Shown here piece by piece: positions 18,401 through 27,147 of a stretch of 35,432 bases of DNA. The stretch spans positions 1 to 35,432 of IMG/VR virus record IMGVR_UViG_3300027672_000034, one strand, 5' to 3'. Source of the stretch: a virus. Lineage: Duplodnaviria; Caudoviricetes. The stretch's first letter is position 1; the number at the start of each line of letters is the position of its first letter. The translations under genes were made by a program, and so were the position numbers. The notes beneath the pieces are model-generated. The model saw nothing but the letters and a program-made list of their open reading frames with translations. It searched no databases and was not told the origin of the DNA.

Positions 18401-21400
18401 TTGTTACAACTGAGTTCACTTCTTTTGATGTGACGATGCCCCTGTCGAGACGTTCGACTAAGGCGTTCATCGCTTCATTGGCTTTGTCGGACACAGAGAT
18501 TTGGTTCTTCACAAACAAATCATTGATGTCGTTGAAGATGATCGACAGGTTCTCGGTGTGAGCTTTGATGGTGTCAGATGGCTTGGCCAACTCACCTTCA
18601 CGTAGACCGGGGTTGTATTCAAACTCTTTCTTCAGCATCGGAAAGTTAACGCCAGTGTCTTGAGCACCAAACATTACGTTACCCAAGCCAAGTGAGCTGC
18701 GGTATGACGGAGCAATCGTTCCGCCTCCACTTCCACTACGCAAGACAGACGTGACCAAGCGACCGTAAGGAACAGGGACAGGCTTGCCCCCGCGTGCTCG
18801 CATCAGTCCGCCCATTGGGTCTTGTGTGTCTGGATCGAGAGAGTATTTCATCTCGTTCCACTTGGAAGCAAGCTGACGGTACGCGCTCTTGGCTGAGCGT
18901 GGGGATAGACGAACTTTGACCGGTGCGTAATCCGCATGACCCATCTGGATCGCGGTAGAGTAATCAGCGTCTAAGGTGGACATAGCCTTGCTGATCTTGC
19001 CCCGTTGGCGTGACTTCATGCGTAGATCGAACAGCTCTTTAACATCTAAGGAACGAGAGAACTCTGAGGTGTAATTGTCTCTGCCAATCTTCTCGACTAG
19101 TGTTTCGATCTGGCCCTTGTGGTCGGCAATGTATTTGTCAGCGTTCATGCCAAAAGTCTCGAACCATTGGTTGCTGCCGCTGATTGAGCCCTCGCTCTCC
19201 CGACGAGCCATGGCTACAGAGTATGAATCGAATAGGTCGTTGAGGACGTTCCCTACTTGGCTGCCAATCCGTTTGTCTGGATCGATGCTGATACCCAGCT
19301 CTTTCTCTACACGAAGGCGAGCCTCGGCCAGAGTTAAAGATTCATCTTCCACCTCTTTCAGTAGCGTCTTAAATACGGATATGACTTTGGCTTTGTCTTT
19401 GTTCTTTAGTTTTATTGGTGCAACGGAAACCTTATCATCCATTGAGTAGCCATGGGCTCGGCGTAGAGCACGGTGTTCAGCTTTAGCCAAGGCGTACTCT
19501 TCAGCGTTGATGATCTCGTCGCGTGCGCGGCGTACTTTGAACCCGGTGTCGTCCCCAATACGAACGATGGATGGAGCGCCACCCTGCCCCAATTGGTTCC
19601 AGACAGATTCGCCAGCATAATTGAGATCGACATCGCCGCCCGCAAACTTCTGCATGGCCTTGTTCAGTTCCATGATACGAGCGACATCAAGACGTGCACG
19701 GCGAGATGTCTGTATTTGAGCGATGTCTACTAACTCAGGGATTAGTGTATCAAGATTAAAGTCGCCATCAACCATGTGCTTACTAATAAACGCACCATCG
19801 ATGCTCTTATTCGCAAAGCCGATAGGTAAGAAGTCTGCATCCATTGACCGGGCGATACCCTCGGAGCTGTTCTCAGCAATATTAATAAGGTCATCTTGAG
19901 ACAGGGCCGGGTCACGAGTGCCGCCTGCTTTTTCAACGGCCTTGTCTGATGGCTTCTGAAGTTTGTTTGTTGTCGTGCTTGTAAGGCCGCCGATAGTGCG
20001 GTTCGCAGGAGCTGGCGCTGTGTTGGAGGCGTTATCTATGGTTCCACCCACTCTTGACGACCAAGCATCTGTCATCGGTGTTGCTAATGGAATGAATGGA
20101 GTCGTGCCTGTTGCAGAAACGCCACCGAACTCTTCGTCCACCATTCGACGAGCGGTAACAACCTTCAGGATCGTGTGATCGATACTGTCTGGTGTACCGA
20201 GCTGGCCAAAGACGAATGCAGCCAACTGGTCATATGTGCCTTCGCCTTTTGCACGTATGGAGAAATCTTGGACAGCATCGTCGATGAAATTATAACGGGC
20301 CATAGCAGCGTAAGCTGCAACAACGCGCTCACGTTGGCTGGAATAGGTACGAGTGATTGGCCCCATGATTAAGTTAGCGTGCTCACCATCGATCTTCAAT
20401 GTTTCGCCCACAAACGCGGTGAAATTCTCTGCTTTGTTAGGCATAGATGTCAGCTTGTCTTCGAGTGCCTCGATCTCACGACGTTGGCTGGCTGCCAAAG
20501 GAGATTCACGCTTCTGCTTTGGAACCGGTGCAACTTCTTCAGCGATCTCTTCAACTACTTGTGCAGTTGCGACAGCAGCAGATGCCTCATCGGGTGCATT
20601 AGAGATTGTTGCTACGCTTGGTGTCGCGGCTACTGGAGTTTCAGGTGTCACATTAGGATTGACGGTGTCTGGATAAGCCACACGGGTGCGCTCGACCTCT
20701 GCATCAAGGACACTTTGAACTTCGTCGAGAACTTTCTGACGCGGCTTTGTTATAGCTTGAACCTTTGCCTTGGGGTCAATCCGAGAGAGAGCTGCCTTCG
20801 CCATAGTCATCATTTGGAAGTCAGCCGTTCGCTGTGCGATACCTTCTTCTGTGTCAGGGTATGCGTATTTCTTTTGGCGCTCCAATGCGTCTTTAATTAC
20901 AGCTCTGACGTTGGCTCCCGAAAGGTTTTTGGCATTCTCCACTAGGATAGGTTGACCTTTATTTTTCCCGGTCTTAATTAGTTTTGGGGTGACGCCATCA
21001 GATTCCATTAGCGATGGAACGAGGCCAGCATCGTGCAACACTTGTACAGGAACATCCTGATTCAGAAGCTCTCTGGCTTCTAAGACTTCAGGTGACTCAA
21101 TACGTGCTGTTGTACTTGGGTCTTGGGAAGCACTGGAAGCTACAGATTCATTCGTGTCTGGTGTCTGGTTAGGCGTGTCTGGGGAGTCAGCAGACGTAGT
21201 GCCAGATTCGGTCACATTCGGTTTTACTGTAGGCTCTTCACCTACGATTTTTGCAGCAACAGCTTCGAGGTTGGACAACCGTGCTTGCTCTGCTTCGAGC
21301 TCTCCAACTTTAACGAGGGCTTTGTACTCTGCATCTGGATCATCTTTTGCTCTGGATTCGGCCAGCTCGCTCTGCGCTTTTTCGACGCGGCGTTCGATTG

Positions 21401-22634
21401 TTTGGGCAGCGGCTTTCTCCTCGTTCAATTGTTTAGCCATCTTCCCGCTTTCTTCGCCTTGAACTTCAGGACGACTCAGGCGCTCATCGATGGCGGAGGT
21501 ATCAACTTTAACCCGGACAGGAACAACAGGCGTAACGTCTTCAACGAAAGATGCCGATGTCTGTGGTTCGTCAGCGATACGTGTTGCAGCTACGCCTGCT
21601 TCTTCGTCCACCAACGTTCGTGTCAGTGTTTCTAGGTCTGGGTTTTCTTCAGCCACGGCTGCGCGGGATGCGGATATAGCCTCATCTGGTGACATGGCGC
21701 TAGGTACGGCTTCGTCCGCTGCCTGTCGTGCTGCTGCTTCTATTGGAGATAGTTCTGAATCAAGAGCGCGTGTTGAAGGAACGTCGCTCAAGTCAGTCAA
21801 TGCTGCTGCTGATCGTTGCGATGTCTCTTCAGCCAAGGTTTTGTACGCACCTTTCTGGCCGATCAACTTCGTGCCGACGCCACCGATTGTGGAACCCATG
21901 GCACCGCCGATACCGAGACCAACTGCACCAGCGACGGCCATCTCTGTACCTGAATACTCGCTACGCAAGCCAAGCTCGATGTCGCGTGTTTGCATCATGC
22001 CGTTGTGGACTGCACCAATAGCCGCGTTGAGACCGCCTTCATATGCGAAACCTTTGCGAGCCGCGCTCCATACCGCTTTCTTAGAGGCGTCTTTGATACC
22101 GACATCAACAATCTCTTTAATGGCTGCGTCACGGGCTGTGCCGGTCAACCCTTGGCGTGCAACAGTCTCGCCTGCTTCTTTGACTATAAGTTTAGTGGCT
22201 AAAGTTAATGCGGTTGTTCCTGCCTTGACAGCACCGAAACCAAGTAAGTTGATCGGGTCTACAATAAGAGCTTTACCAATATCTATGATGGCGTCACCAG
22301 TGCCACGACCACCAGCTTCATAGAAGGCTGGGTCTTTGGCGAAGGATTTCTGAAGATTGCTATCACGTAGCTTGGTTGATTCGTCTTGACCAAAAGCGTC
22401 CCCGATCAAACCTATTGTGTTCAGATCATCCCAGCGTTTCTCGGAGTAGAATGCGTCGAGCATTTCTTCATCATCTGAAAACTGCTTGCCACGGTCAGAC
22501 ATGAAAGACGCAACGTCAGAGAGATACTCTGGGTCATTACGCCTTTGCTCTGGACTCAAGTCTGAATAGTTCAAGGAAGCTGTTCCAGACGGAAGGGACG
22601 AATAAGAGGTGTCGGTGTAATCTGAGATTGGCAT
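12480..22634 (-). CDS. giant (3384 aa) internal virion/DNA-ejection protein, polyvalent-protein-like
   Basis: Last gene of the structural operon; Gly/Ala-rich hydrophobic segments near both termini, as in podophage ejection proteins; internal HEISH motif and an ART-PolyVal-like segment. Confidence 0.8.
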   Translation of the reverse strand: MPISDYTDTSYSSLPSGTASLNYSDLSPEQRRNDPEYLSDVASFMSDRGKQFSDDEEMLDAFYSEKRWDDLNTIGLIGDAFGQDESTKLRDSNLQKSFAKDPAFYEAGGRGTGDAIIDIGKALIVDPINLLGFGAVKAGTTALTLATKLIVKEAGETVARQGLTGTARDAAIKEIVDVGIKDASKKAVWSAARKGFAYEGGLNAAIGAVHNGMMQTRDIELGLRSEYSGTEMAVAGAVGLGIGGAMGSTIGGVGTKLIGQKGAYKTLAEETSQRSAAALTDLSDVPSTRALDSELSPIEAAARQAADEAVPSAMSPDEAISASRAAVAEENPDLETLTRTLVDEEAGVAATRIADEPQTSASFVEDVTPVVPVRVKVDTSAIDERLSRPEVQGEESGKMAKQLNEEKAAAQTIERRVEKAQSELAESRAKDDPDAEYKALVKVGELEAEQARLSNLEAVAAKIVGEEPTVKPNVTESGTTSADSPDTPNQTPDTNESVASSASQDPSTTARIESPEVLEARELLNQDVPVQVLHDAGLVPSLMESDGVTPKLIKTGKNKGQPILVENAKNLSGANVRAVIKDALERQKKYAYPDTEEGIAQRTADFQMMTMAKAALSRIDPKAKVQAITKPRQKVLDEVQSVLDAEVERTRVAYPDTVNPNVTPETPVAATPSVATISNAPDEASAAVATAQVVEEIAEEVAPVPKQKRESPLAASQRREIEALEDKLTSMPNKAENFTAFVGETLKIDGEHANLIMGPITRTYSSQRERVVAAYAAMARYNFIDDAVQDFSIRAKGEGTYDQLAAFVFGQLGTPDSIDHTILKVVTARRMVDEEFGGVSATGTTPFIPLATPMTDAWSSRVGGTIDNASNTAPAPANRTIGGLTSTTTNKLQKPSDKAVEKAGGTRDPALSQDDLINIAENSSEGIARSMDADFLPIGFANKSIDGAFISKHMVDGDFNLDTLIPELVDIAQIQTSRRARLDVARIMELNKAMQKFAGGDVDLNYAGESVWNQLGQGGAPSIVRIGDDTGFKVRRARDEIINAEEYALAKAEHRALRRAHGYSMDDKVSVAPIKLKNKDKAKVISVFKTLLKEVEDESLTLAEARLRVEKELGISIDPDKRIGSQVGNVLNDLFDSYSVAMARRESEGSISGSNQWFETFGMNADKYIADHKGQIETLVEKIGRDNYTSEFSRSLDVKELFDLRMKSRQRGKISKAMSTLDADYSTAIQMGHADYAPVKVRLSPRSAKSAYRQLASKWNEMKYSLDPDTQDPMGGLMRARGGKPVPVPYGRLVTSVLRSGSGGGTIAPSYRSSLGLGNVMFGAQDTGVNFPMLKKEFEYNPGLREGELAKPSDTIKAHTENLSIIFNDINDLFVKNQISVSDKANEAMNALVERLDRGIVTSKEVNSVVTILNRMRKKFTGKNRNEAFKLIDETIWGSEKQDTNGLFGTLRAIMNDLKTREDARVPNMPDTTRFAVQNFAEQFDAYPSVQEARKTNPELFKSDDPQKIVEEAFNAMVAGTIEPRVARGMFALASQSVPEAPPGVLKMVDAYRTGNAIDGIIDADLPPIARDMRALAVEEHGIDDGLMGEISQFYARDINTKADLWDAWDMMNTEMEMGNSQANLNLQTADDFDQFISVMERMSDYLPERKLHNWERRESIDRLNGIMNDKWQNKPFSLNKDNREGASIKTFMRQVMLAMRGTEGPRVFSKAAGAKFVEDAGGSRAQVLDVRNGDSSFIQPYATATKGDKTVRAAFGNQINLGLNQRDFAEAVHEISHWAFTNLMTPSEQVGFLKSVRSHVFDGDQFQPSRLDELFHLDVPEGQAITGKNRISEVFGHTMERWILSEGINSEGRFSNPFDTPKTLGGKDTPEKMAENQTILTGIKDFIGKVMTRLHSTLKKLWGDELVDLPDEMTSIFERLFPDQRFQSLSEQFPGYQSMVLAKGKTSAEATRSTSIRTLANKITEIDMAYAGLNDAMRMLSREATADGVGTSSMDALDPQFRREVTKQITALKAKRKTFVRKKGAADADTAAENLAKIDAQIDELYSQQRLLPKSFGIAGQMQAANSVLTHLGGKTAKVPGFTQGASIRGDAFQPAAKDLDADTGGAQVSADDMATPIDDLEGYGTQGANDPSMHQEAIHNSTLILERLMELRSPLIRDMEKVYRNEGLKRTQKSSTQKVADRKVRAKMAEGTSTKTSSLDTLSPEQRELISSMAHRDPAKTAQLKNEALNVFANGGQASTHRALRSEIRKGAGAAPLRSSVPASILAQTFTKHVEGMSDTAISSATLFTNNAPIPKFSSNGGGVSQTGTYGEGTLVTTAPKTRAEPPVSDNPVAANLQARRQMLTGMSRQGEDVTDELRAVDAILEDEYGIVSGDSVTPVFVRSDSMLDVRSPGGSETWRAALEATEGDPQQAQSVIKAMGFDSMNTEDGVLIFNKDNVKSVFEFNEKHDPAMDDIKIDDDSMESPITPMILAALNSRGKMNIEELSSMADGISQTGTLTAGMDAVRHASDAAKGNVILNAFSLKAPGKYMSQKFQANWFANTIGGRMEKGVTGTGIFDAIPQRTASYWFPVEESLNKTKGRDSMLRRWKQDTVGQFVDNQPPVDAVINNVARLRQAIVAERRMGVLDVSPIERQIDAEINSLPAADRIHATEAVNALRNSMDKIMADQKAAGMHTGYLNEFYPQALDSNKADPYRNQLIDFFTRKFERERKISKGSPEAILRSKQDAQYMVDGMLDGDGQWLPRHADQNSSGAGELSSHARVLHYTMADLQTEMAPGVSFQSLLHNNLEQNMLKYMNGAARQIELHTRFGPGEHKYREYHEIAQWGEQAITDILAKGKTTTRTVGQQTAEGIGKVDLNFVDIQGMNVGQAQRVANNIRIAYENARGDADGGYGAVYSMVLSETRSVTPAIKRRAEAIAEGYRDFGNMIHMSGEGAKPTHADLTYMDNMMRLTQGKPTADTKSALWKVSKGMRNWNNITKLGGLLLTSLNDVTLPLIRSGSMKNYVAGIKMLHSSPEYSAMLKRIGVDVENRIHSQMLAMNGGEDSKLGNAFFSSIGMTNWTGGQRRMAGAIGFEMVKTMAQIHRKGTAGRRELNNAREELIHLGLLVRNDDGTFSGRAARDSIDDFKDDPEVASAVHRFIQETNFAPAPNELPLSQKTALGAILWQFKSFPLMYGRLMGETIKGASKWMKGEGGSIAPLLYLLSASPAFGGGTIALKDVLLSRGGDDNSSHALRERSLSKMFETLGIDVDMGEFANGNINTALGWYLQGMMQAGGLGLIGDLLLSLPAWADNGAYGAQRMMGAVFGPSMGLVVDATNVLQGVMDREDSNAAERTAMNAIAGQIPYAASYRPFRNAMKDLAGESGSSSGGGGLSGLSGLKGL

Positions 22635-25132
22635 TATATATTCCCTCTGATTTGTTTAATTCTGTTTGCGAGCATGCCGCGTGTCATACTGTTCAGTTTC
22701 ATAGATTCTATGATGTATCTTTCGTCTGCGCTGTTTATTCTTCCGTTAGCAACACTTTGGAAAAGCATCTCAATCTGACTATACTGAGGAAGTTTTTTAT
22801 AGTCTCTTTGCCAGTAAGCCCAATTATCATTGTATCTTTTTTTCATTGCCTGCGCTGCCACGGAAGCCTTACGAGAAGTATTAGCTTGAGCGGTAAGGTC
22901 TTTGCGTCGAACATTGAGTGCAGAAAGATATACTTGCGCAGTCCGTACCGCATTCCTTGTGGCATCTCCAAGACCGCCGACTGCTCTGGTTCCTGCGATG
23001 TTTGCCCACACATATTGCTGTGATTTGACCGCGATGATCTCTGCATCAATAGCCGAGATGTCCATATTGTTTTTCCCGGTATTTAGATCATCTACGTCCT
23101 TCCTCATGCCGGGGACAATTCTCGTGTTCAGTTTATCTGTGGTCAGCATCTTGGGATAATTGCTTGGGTTTTTGGCGTAATCAACAGGAGCCCCTGAACC
23201 ATCTGGGCTGGCAGCGTTGTTCCAAATATCTAATGTTCCGGGGGTTACAAAGTCCAAAGCTCTAACTTGTCTAAAGTCTACCGTCCGCTTCAGCCTGTCG
23301 GTAATTGATTTGTTAATAGATGTTGGTGCGCCATATAAGCCAGACACATGCTGAATGACCTTCTGCACATAATGCTGGGCGCTATCTTCCTCGCCTCGCT
23401 CGACAGCGTCTCCGCTGATTATGTTGCTCAAGACATCTGCTGCGAACCCAGTAGTGACATTAAACTTTGCCAGCTCACCGTTGGCGACCTGAACGTATCC
23501 CATAAGTTTGGGGTTCTTCTTTATAGCATCCACGTTGGCCTTCGTTCCCGCTGTAAATACATCTCCCAATTGCGACCCAGCGTTTTCGATTGCAGTTAAA
23601 GACGCTTTCTTTAATTCCTGTCCAAGTCGGCTCTCCTCCTGATTAGCTACTACGTCTTGGTAAACTTCTTCTTCCTTTTGTATAGCTTGCACAGCAAAGT
23701 CTACATCCAGACCAGCAGCTCTTAATATGTCTTGAGCCACAGCGCGGACACGCGGCGGTAATGACATGGCGTAATCTGAGCCATCGCCCAAACTAGTAAT
23801 TATTTTGACCGCTTCTGTTGCTTGCAAGTATATGTTGTTATTGGTTGTGCGCTCCACTTCGAGACGTTTCAAAGCGATCACATTAAGCTCTGTTGACTGC
23901 CCAATCCTAGCCTTTACTTCTGCGAGGGTAGTTTGCGCCTCTTTCTCCTCGATCTGCGCAGACTCTGTTGCCGTTTTGACGCGCAGGCTACTTTGTTTAA
24001 GAAGAGTCTCTGCCTTTGCTAAGTCAATCTGCGCCTGCTTAGTTTCCGTGCTTATATCAGTTTTATTTTCTGCATCTTTGGCTTTTGATTCAACAATACG
24101 TTCCTTTGCTTCAGTGACTGCTTGAGCTAAGTCAGTTTCAATTACTTGCAGCCGCGTTATCTCTTGTTCTCTGAGCAGCTTGGTTGCCCTCGACTTTTCT
24201 TCGATGTCGGTCTTCTGTTTCAGAGCTATGAGTTTAGCTTCTAAAGTTTCAAGTCTTACACCAATGGTTTTTTTCTTTTCTTCGGTGTCGTTTGTTACGG
24301 AAGCCGTGGTTGCTTGGACGCCTGCCAACTTTGCTATCCGTTCTTCTTGTTGCTGTGCGGCAGCGGCACCTTCACGGGCAAAGTTCTCCGGCATTTCTAG
24401 CCCTTGGTCTGTAAAGCGTTGTGCGATGTACGCCTCGCCACCTTCACCGGCGTATGTCGAAGGTGTGGCTTTGATGTCTGCCCTCATCTGAACCATAAAG
24501 GCTTCGGTAGCTTGCTTCTTGAACTCAGAGGAGAAGACGTTTTCTTTGTCTTTAAGGAAGCTGTATTTGCCGCTCATCTGTAGCCAGCTTGAATCCGCAA
24601 GCTCTTTGTTCAGCTTGCCAAACGCTTGCTGCTTTGCTTTGCGCTCGAAGGCTCCCTTGTCTTTGACACTAAATGTGCCGTCCGGGTCAAAGACATAGCC
24701 GTTGTTCTTTGCGTATTGCTTTCCTCGCCCTGTGGCTAAGAACGTTGCATTCTTCTGTCCATATTGCTCGACGCTCTTCTCGTAGTCGCCGCCTGTAAGG
24801 ATGTATGAGCTACCATGGTCATTGAGTAGGGAGTTTATTTTCTCATCGGCGGCAATACTGCCCAACATTTGTTCAGTGGATAAATCATCCGCTTTGGCAG
24901 CTTGCTGTTTACCAAGCCCCTCGATCCACGCATCGGGCATACCTTGGCCAAGGTAGTTTGATCCACCGGCAACCTTGTCCCGCATTTGCATACGCTCTGC
25001 CGCTGATGCCTTCGGTGCCAGAGCAGACATCTTAGCGTATTCCTCACGAGCCTTTGTCCGTCGCTGGCGGTTCTCTTCGCCCCGCTCTTGGAAGCCTTCT
25101 GCAATACTTGCGCCTCTGGAGAATAAACCCAT
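22634..25132 (-). CDS. putative internal virion/ejection protein (832 aa, coiled-coil)
   Basis: TAATG coupling to the giant gene; helical and A/E/K/Q-rich; position equivalent to the middle ejection protein; 25-aa repeats. Confidence 0.7.
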   Translation of the reverse strand: MGLFSRGASIAEGFQERGEENRQRRTKAREEYAKMSALAPKASAAERMQMRDKVAGGSNYLGQGMPDAWIEGLGKQQAAKADDLSTEQMLGSIAADEKINSLLNDHGSSYILTGGDYEKSVEQYGQKNATFLATGRGKQYAKNNGYVFDPDGTFSVKDKGAFERKAKQQAFGKLNKELADSSWLQMSGKYSFLKDKENVFSSEFKKQATEAFMVQMRADIKATPSTYAGEGGEAYIAQRFTDQGLEMPENFAREGAAAAQQQEERIAKLAGVQATTASVTNDTEEKKKTIGVRLETLEAKLIALKQKTDIEEKSRATKLLREQEITRLQVIETDLAQAVTEAKERIVESKAKDAENKTDISTETKQAQIDLAKAETLLKQSSLRVKTATESAQIEEKEAQTTLAEVKARIGQSTELNVIALKRLEVERTTNNNIYLQATEAVKIITSLGDGSDYAMSLPPRVRAVAQDILRAAGLDVDFAVQAIQKEEEVYQDVVANQEESRLGQELKKASLTAIENAGSQLGDVFTAGTKANVDAIKKNPKLMGYVQVANGELAKFNVTTGFAADVLSNIISGDAVERGEEDSAQHYVQKVIQHVSGLYGAPTSINKSITDRLKRTVDFRQVRALDFVTPGTLDIWNNAASPDGSGAPVDYAKNPSNYPKMLTTDKLNTRIVPGMRKDVDDLNTGKNNMDISAIDAEIIAVKSQQYVWANIAGTRAVGGLGDATRNAVRTAQVYLSALNVRRKDLTAQANTSRKASVAAQAMKKRYNDNWAYWQRDYKKLPQYSQIEMLFQSVANGRINSADERYIIESMKLNSMTRGMLANRIKQIRGNI

Positions 25133-25142
25133 TTAATTTTCC

Positions 25143-25805
25143 TTAGAATTGATATTTATCTTTTGAATTCCACCATGCAGACGCCTCATCAAACGTGCCT
25201 CGCAAACTGGAGCCAAACCCTTTTGCGGCTTCGCGGGCAGACGCTTCTGAAGTCTTGTATGAGTCGCTGGCGCTGGTGCTTGCCGACTTCAACGCGCCAG
25301 TACGCATGTCGTTAGCGTCAATGTTGAGCTTGCCTGTCTCGGTAATGTCTTGGCTTCGCAAATTGCTTAGTTTGTCAACTTCACCAACGGCCATATTGAA
25401 CCCATCGATGCTAGATTTCCGTGCCGCCTGCCGTCTCCACTCCATTTTCTCAAGGGTGAGGTCGTTGTTGAGGGTGGAATCCTTCAAGCCCCTGTCGTAA
25501 AGGCTGGCGTCAGCCAAGCTGCCCTCACGGACAAGCGCCTTCTCCGCTTCGTCCATAAGATATGATGTGTACTGAGCGCCGCGTGCATTGATGGTGGCTG
25601 GATCAAGTGTGCCTGCGCTGCCGACTGTACCAAGGTAACTGTTGTATGCCGCGTCAAGCTGATCTGCCCCGTCGCTGCCAAGCTGCAAAAGTTTGTCTTG
25701 AATCATGTTGTTGCGCTCAAATGCGGCGTCGGCAATATCGCCCGAATCGTCCAGAAGACTTGACCCAAATGCGAACGCCTCTCCTGCTAATGCTCCCCAA
25801 CCCAT
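25143..25805 (-). CDS. putative pilot/ejection protein (220 aa)
   Basis: N-terminal 'MGWGALAGEAFAFGSSLL' followed by an Ala/Asp/Ser helical region; GGAG RBS; position before the larger ejection proteins. Confidence 0.6.
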   Translation of the reverse strand: MGWGALAGEAFAFGSSLLDDSGDIADAAFERNNMIQDKLLQLGSDGADQLDAAYNSYLGTVGSAGTLDPATINARGAQYTSYLMDEAEKALVREGSLADASLYDRGLKDSTLNNDLTLEKMEWRRQAARKSSIDGFNMAVGEVDKLSNLRSQDITETGKLNIDANDMRTGALKSASTSASDSYKTSEASAREAAKGFGSSLRGTFDEASAWWNSKDKYQF

Positions 25806-25815
25806 GTGCTTTCTC

Positions 25816-27135
25816 CTATGTCTGTATTACGTTGCCGAAGCCATCGCGCCGGTTTGATCGTTTAAGGTCTTGGTTCCATAAGGTGAGGTTTGTGTTTGCC
25901 CACCTCATCAATCCGGTGTCTCTGTCTTTCACTTGGCCAGTGTAGTTCGTATTGCTATCGCCATTGTAATCAAGGAGAAGGTTTGGAAAGTTGATCCTGT
26001 CTTCATCTTCGCTTGTTTCAGATTGTACTTGATACTGAGGGGCCATGGTAGAAACAGAGGTGTTAGAGCGAGATGCCGGTTCGTTGCCATCCCCGCCGAA
26101 TACGCCGTCCCAGTTTACTTTGTCTGGGCCGCCAGCATCACCACGAGGATTATATCCACCTTCACTAAAATCAAAGTCAGCGAAGTAGTTCAAGACATCG
26201 TCACCAAATTCGTTGACGCCAAGTATATCACCGAGCTTACCGGGCATTAGATCGCCTGTGACAGCGGTTCTAGCGCCTCCGTATCCTGCACCAAGGAGAG
26301 GGTTGATTGCGCTTAACCCCAAACCAAGCAAGCCAGCAGCGTTGGAGCCCATAAAGTTGTCGTCGTCGGCGGTGTAATTGCCGGTCTTTGGATCGATAGA
26401 CAAACCGTCCAGCCCAAGGTTTAGACCGGGATCAAAAAAGTCTTTAAGACCATCAAAAAAATTGCTGGCGTCTGCGTAGTTATAATCAATTCTACGTAAA
26501 GTATGGTAACCATTCTCTGACTTTGAAGGACGGTTTGGATCGGTATATCCGTAGTAGAAAGTATCAGACACTTGTCTGCCACTATTCTTGCCACCAAAGA
26601 AACTGGTGTAAGCATCCCCGATAACATCGAGAGCATCACCGTATGCATCAGCGTCATCTGAGGATAACCCAAAATCAAACATACTGGATGCGCTACCGAC
26701 ATTAGCTCCTTTGGCGGTGCTATACGTAGTTAGCCCCTCAATCCCGGTGGGTTTCGGATCGCTTTGTGGAGAGGTTTGTCTGTCGTCACGCGGTTCGGAG
26801 TATGAGACACTGGCACCATCCATACCTCCGGGATCGCTATCACCACCATAGGAGTCATCGGCACTATCCATACCTCCGGGATCGCTATCACCACCATAGG
26901 CGTCATCGGCACCATCCATACCTCCGGGATCGCTGTCACCACCATATGAGTCATCGGCACCATCCATACCTCCGGGATCGCTGTCGCCGCCACCAAAACC
27001 ATAAAACTCAAGGAAGCCTGTCTCTGGATTCGTGGTTCCCGATCCACCAAATAACTTTAGCAGGCGAGCCTCTAAGGGATTGATGTGGGCAATGAGTGTA
27101 TCGCCATACCGCCCTGCATCTTCTAGCTTCTTCAT
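25816..27135 (-). CDS. putative internal virion protein with a GRxGDT...NPxTGxxEF N-terminal motif and Gly/Asp repeats
   Basis: 'GRYGDTLIAHINPLEARLLKLFGGSGTTNPETGFLEFY', then (GGDSDPGGMDGADDSY)x~4; GGAG RBS. Confidence 0.7.
   Translation of the reverse strand: MKKLEDAGRYGDTLIAHINPLEARLLKLFGGSGTTNPETGFLEFYGFGGGDSDPGGMDGADDSYGGDSDPGGMDGADDAYGGDSDPGGMDSADDSYGGDSDPGGMDGASVSYSEPRDDRQTSPQSDPKPTGIEGLTTYSTAKGANVGSASSMFDFGLSSDDADAYGDALDVIGDAYTSFFGGKNSGRQVSDTFYYGYTDPNRPSKSENGYHTLRRIDYNYADASNFFDGLKDFFDPGLNLGLDGLSIDPKTGNYTADDDNFMGSNAAGLLGLGLSAINPLLGAGYGGARTAVTGDLMPGKLGDILGVNEFGDDVLNYFADFDFSEGGYNPRGDAGGPDKVNWDGVFGGDGNEPASRSNTSVSTMAPQYQVQSETSEDEDRINFPNLLLDYNGDSNTNYTGQVKDRDTGLMRWANTNLTLWNQDLKRSNRRDGFGNVIQT
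26812..26994. repeat. 48-bp coding tandem repeat, ~3.8 copies
   Basis: Units start at 26812, 26860, 26908 and 26956 (GGCACCATCCATACCTCCGGGATCGCTATCACCACCATAGGAGTCATC), with few substitutions. Confidence 0.95.
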
Positions 27136-27147
27136 GGTCGGCTCTCC

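Noticed and set aside
12480-22634. N4-like or crAss-like virion RNA polymerase, suggested by the ~3400 aa size
   Set aside because: I could not find T7/N4-type motifs (DxxGR, RxxxKxxxxxxxYG, HD/DD) or a convincing DxDGD in context; the termini resemble ejection proteins. A profile search would be decisive.
26812-26994. CRISPR array (with a Cas4-like gene in the same window)
   Set aside because: The units are contiguous 48-bp in-frame coding repeats with no unique spacers, and the nuclease sits in a Sak4/SSB recombination module without cas1/cas2.
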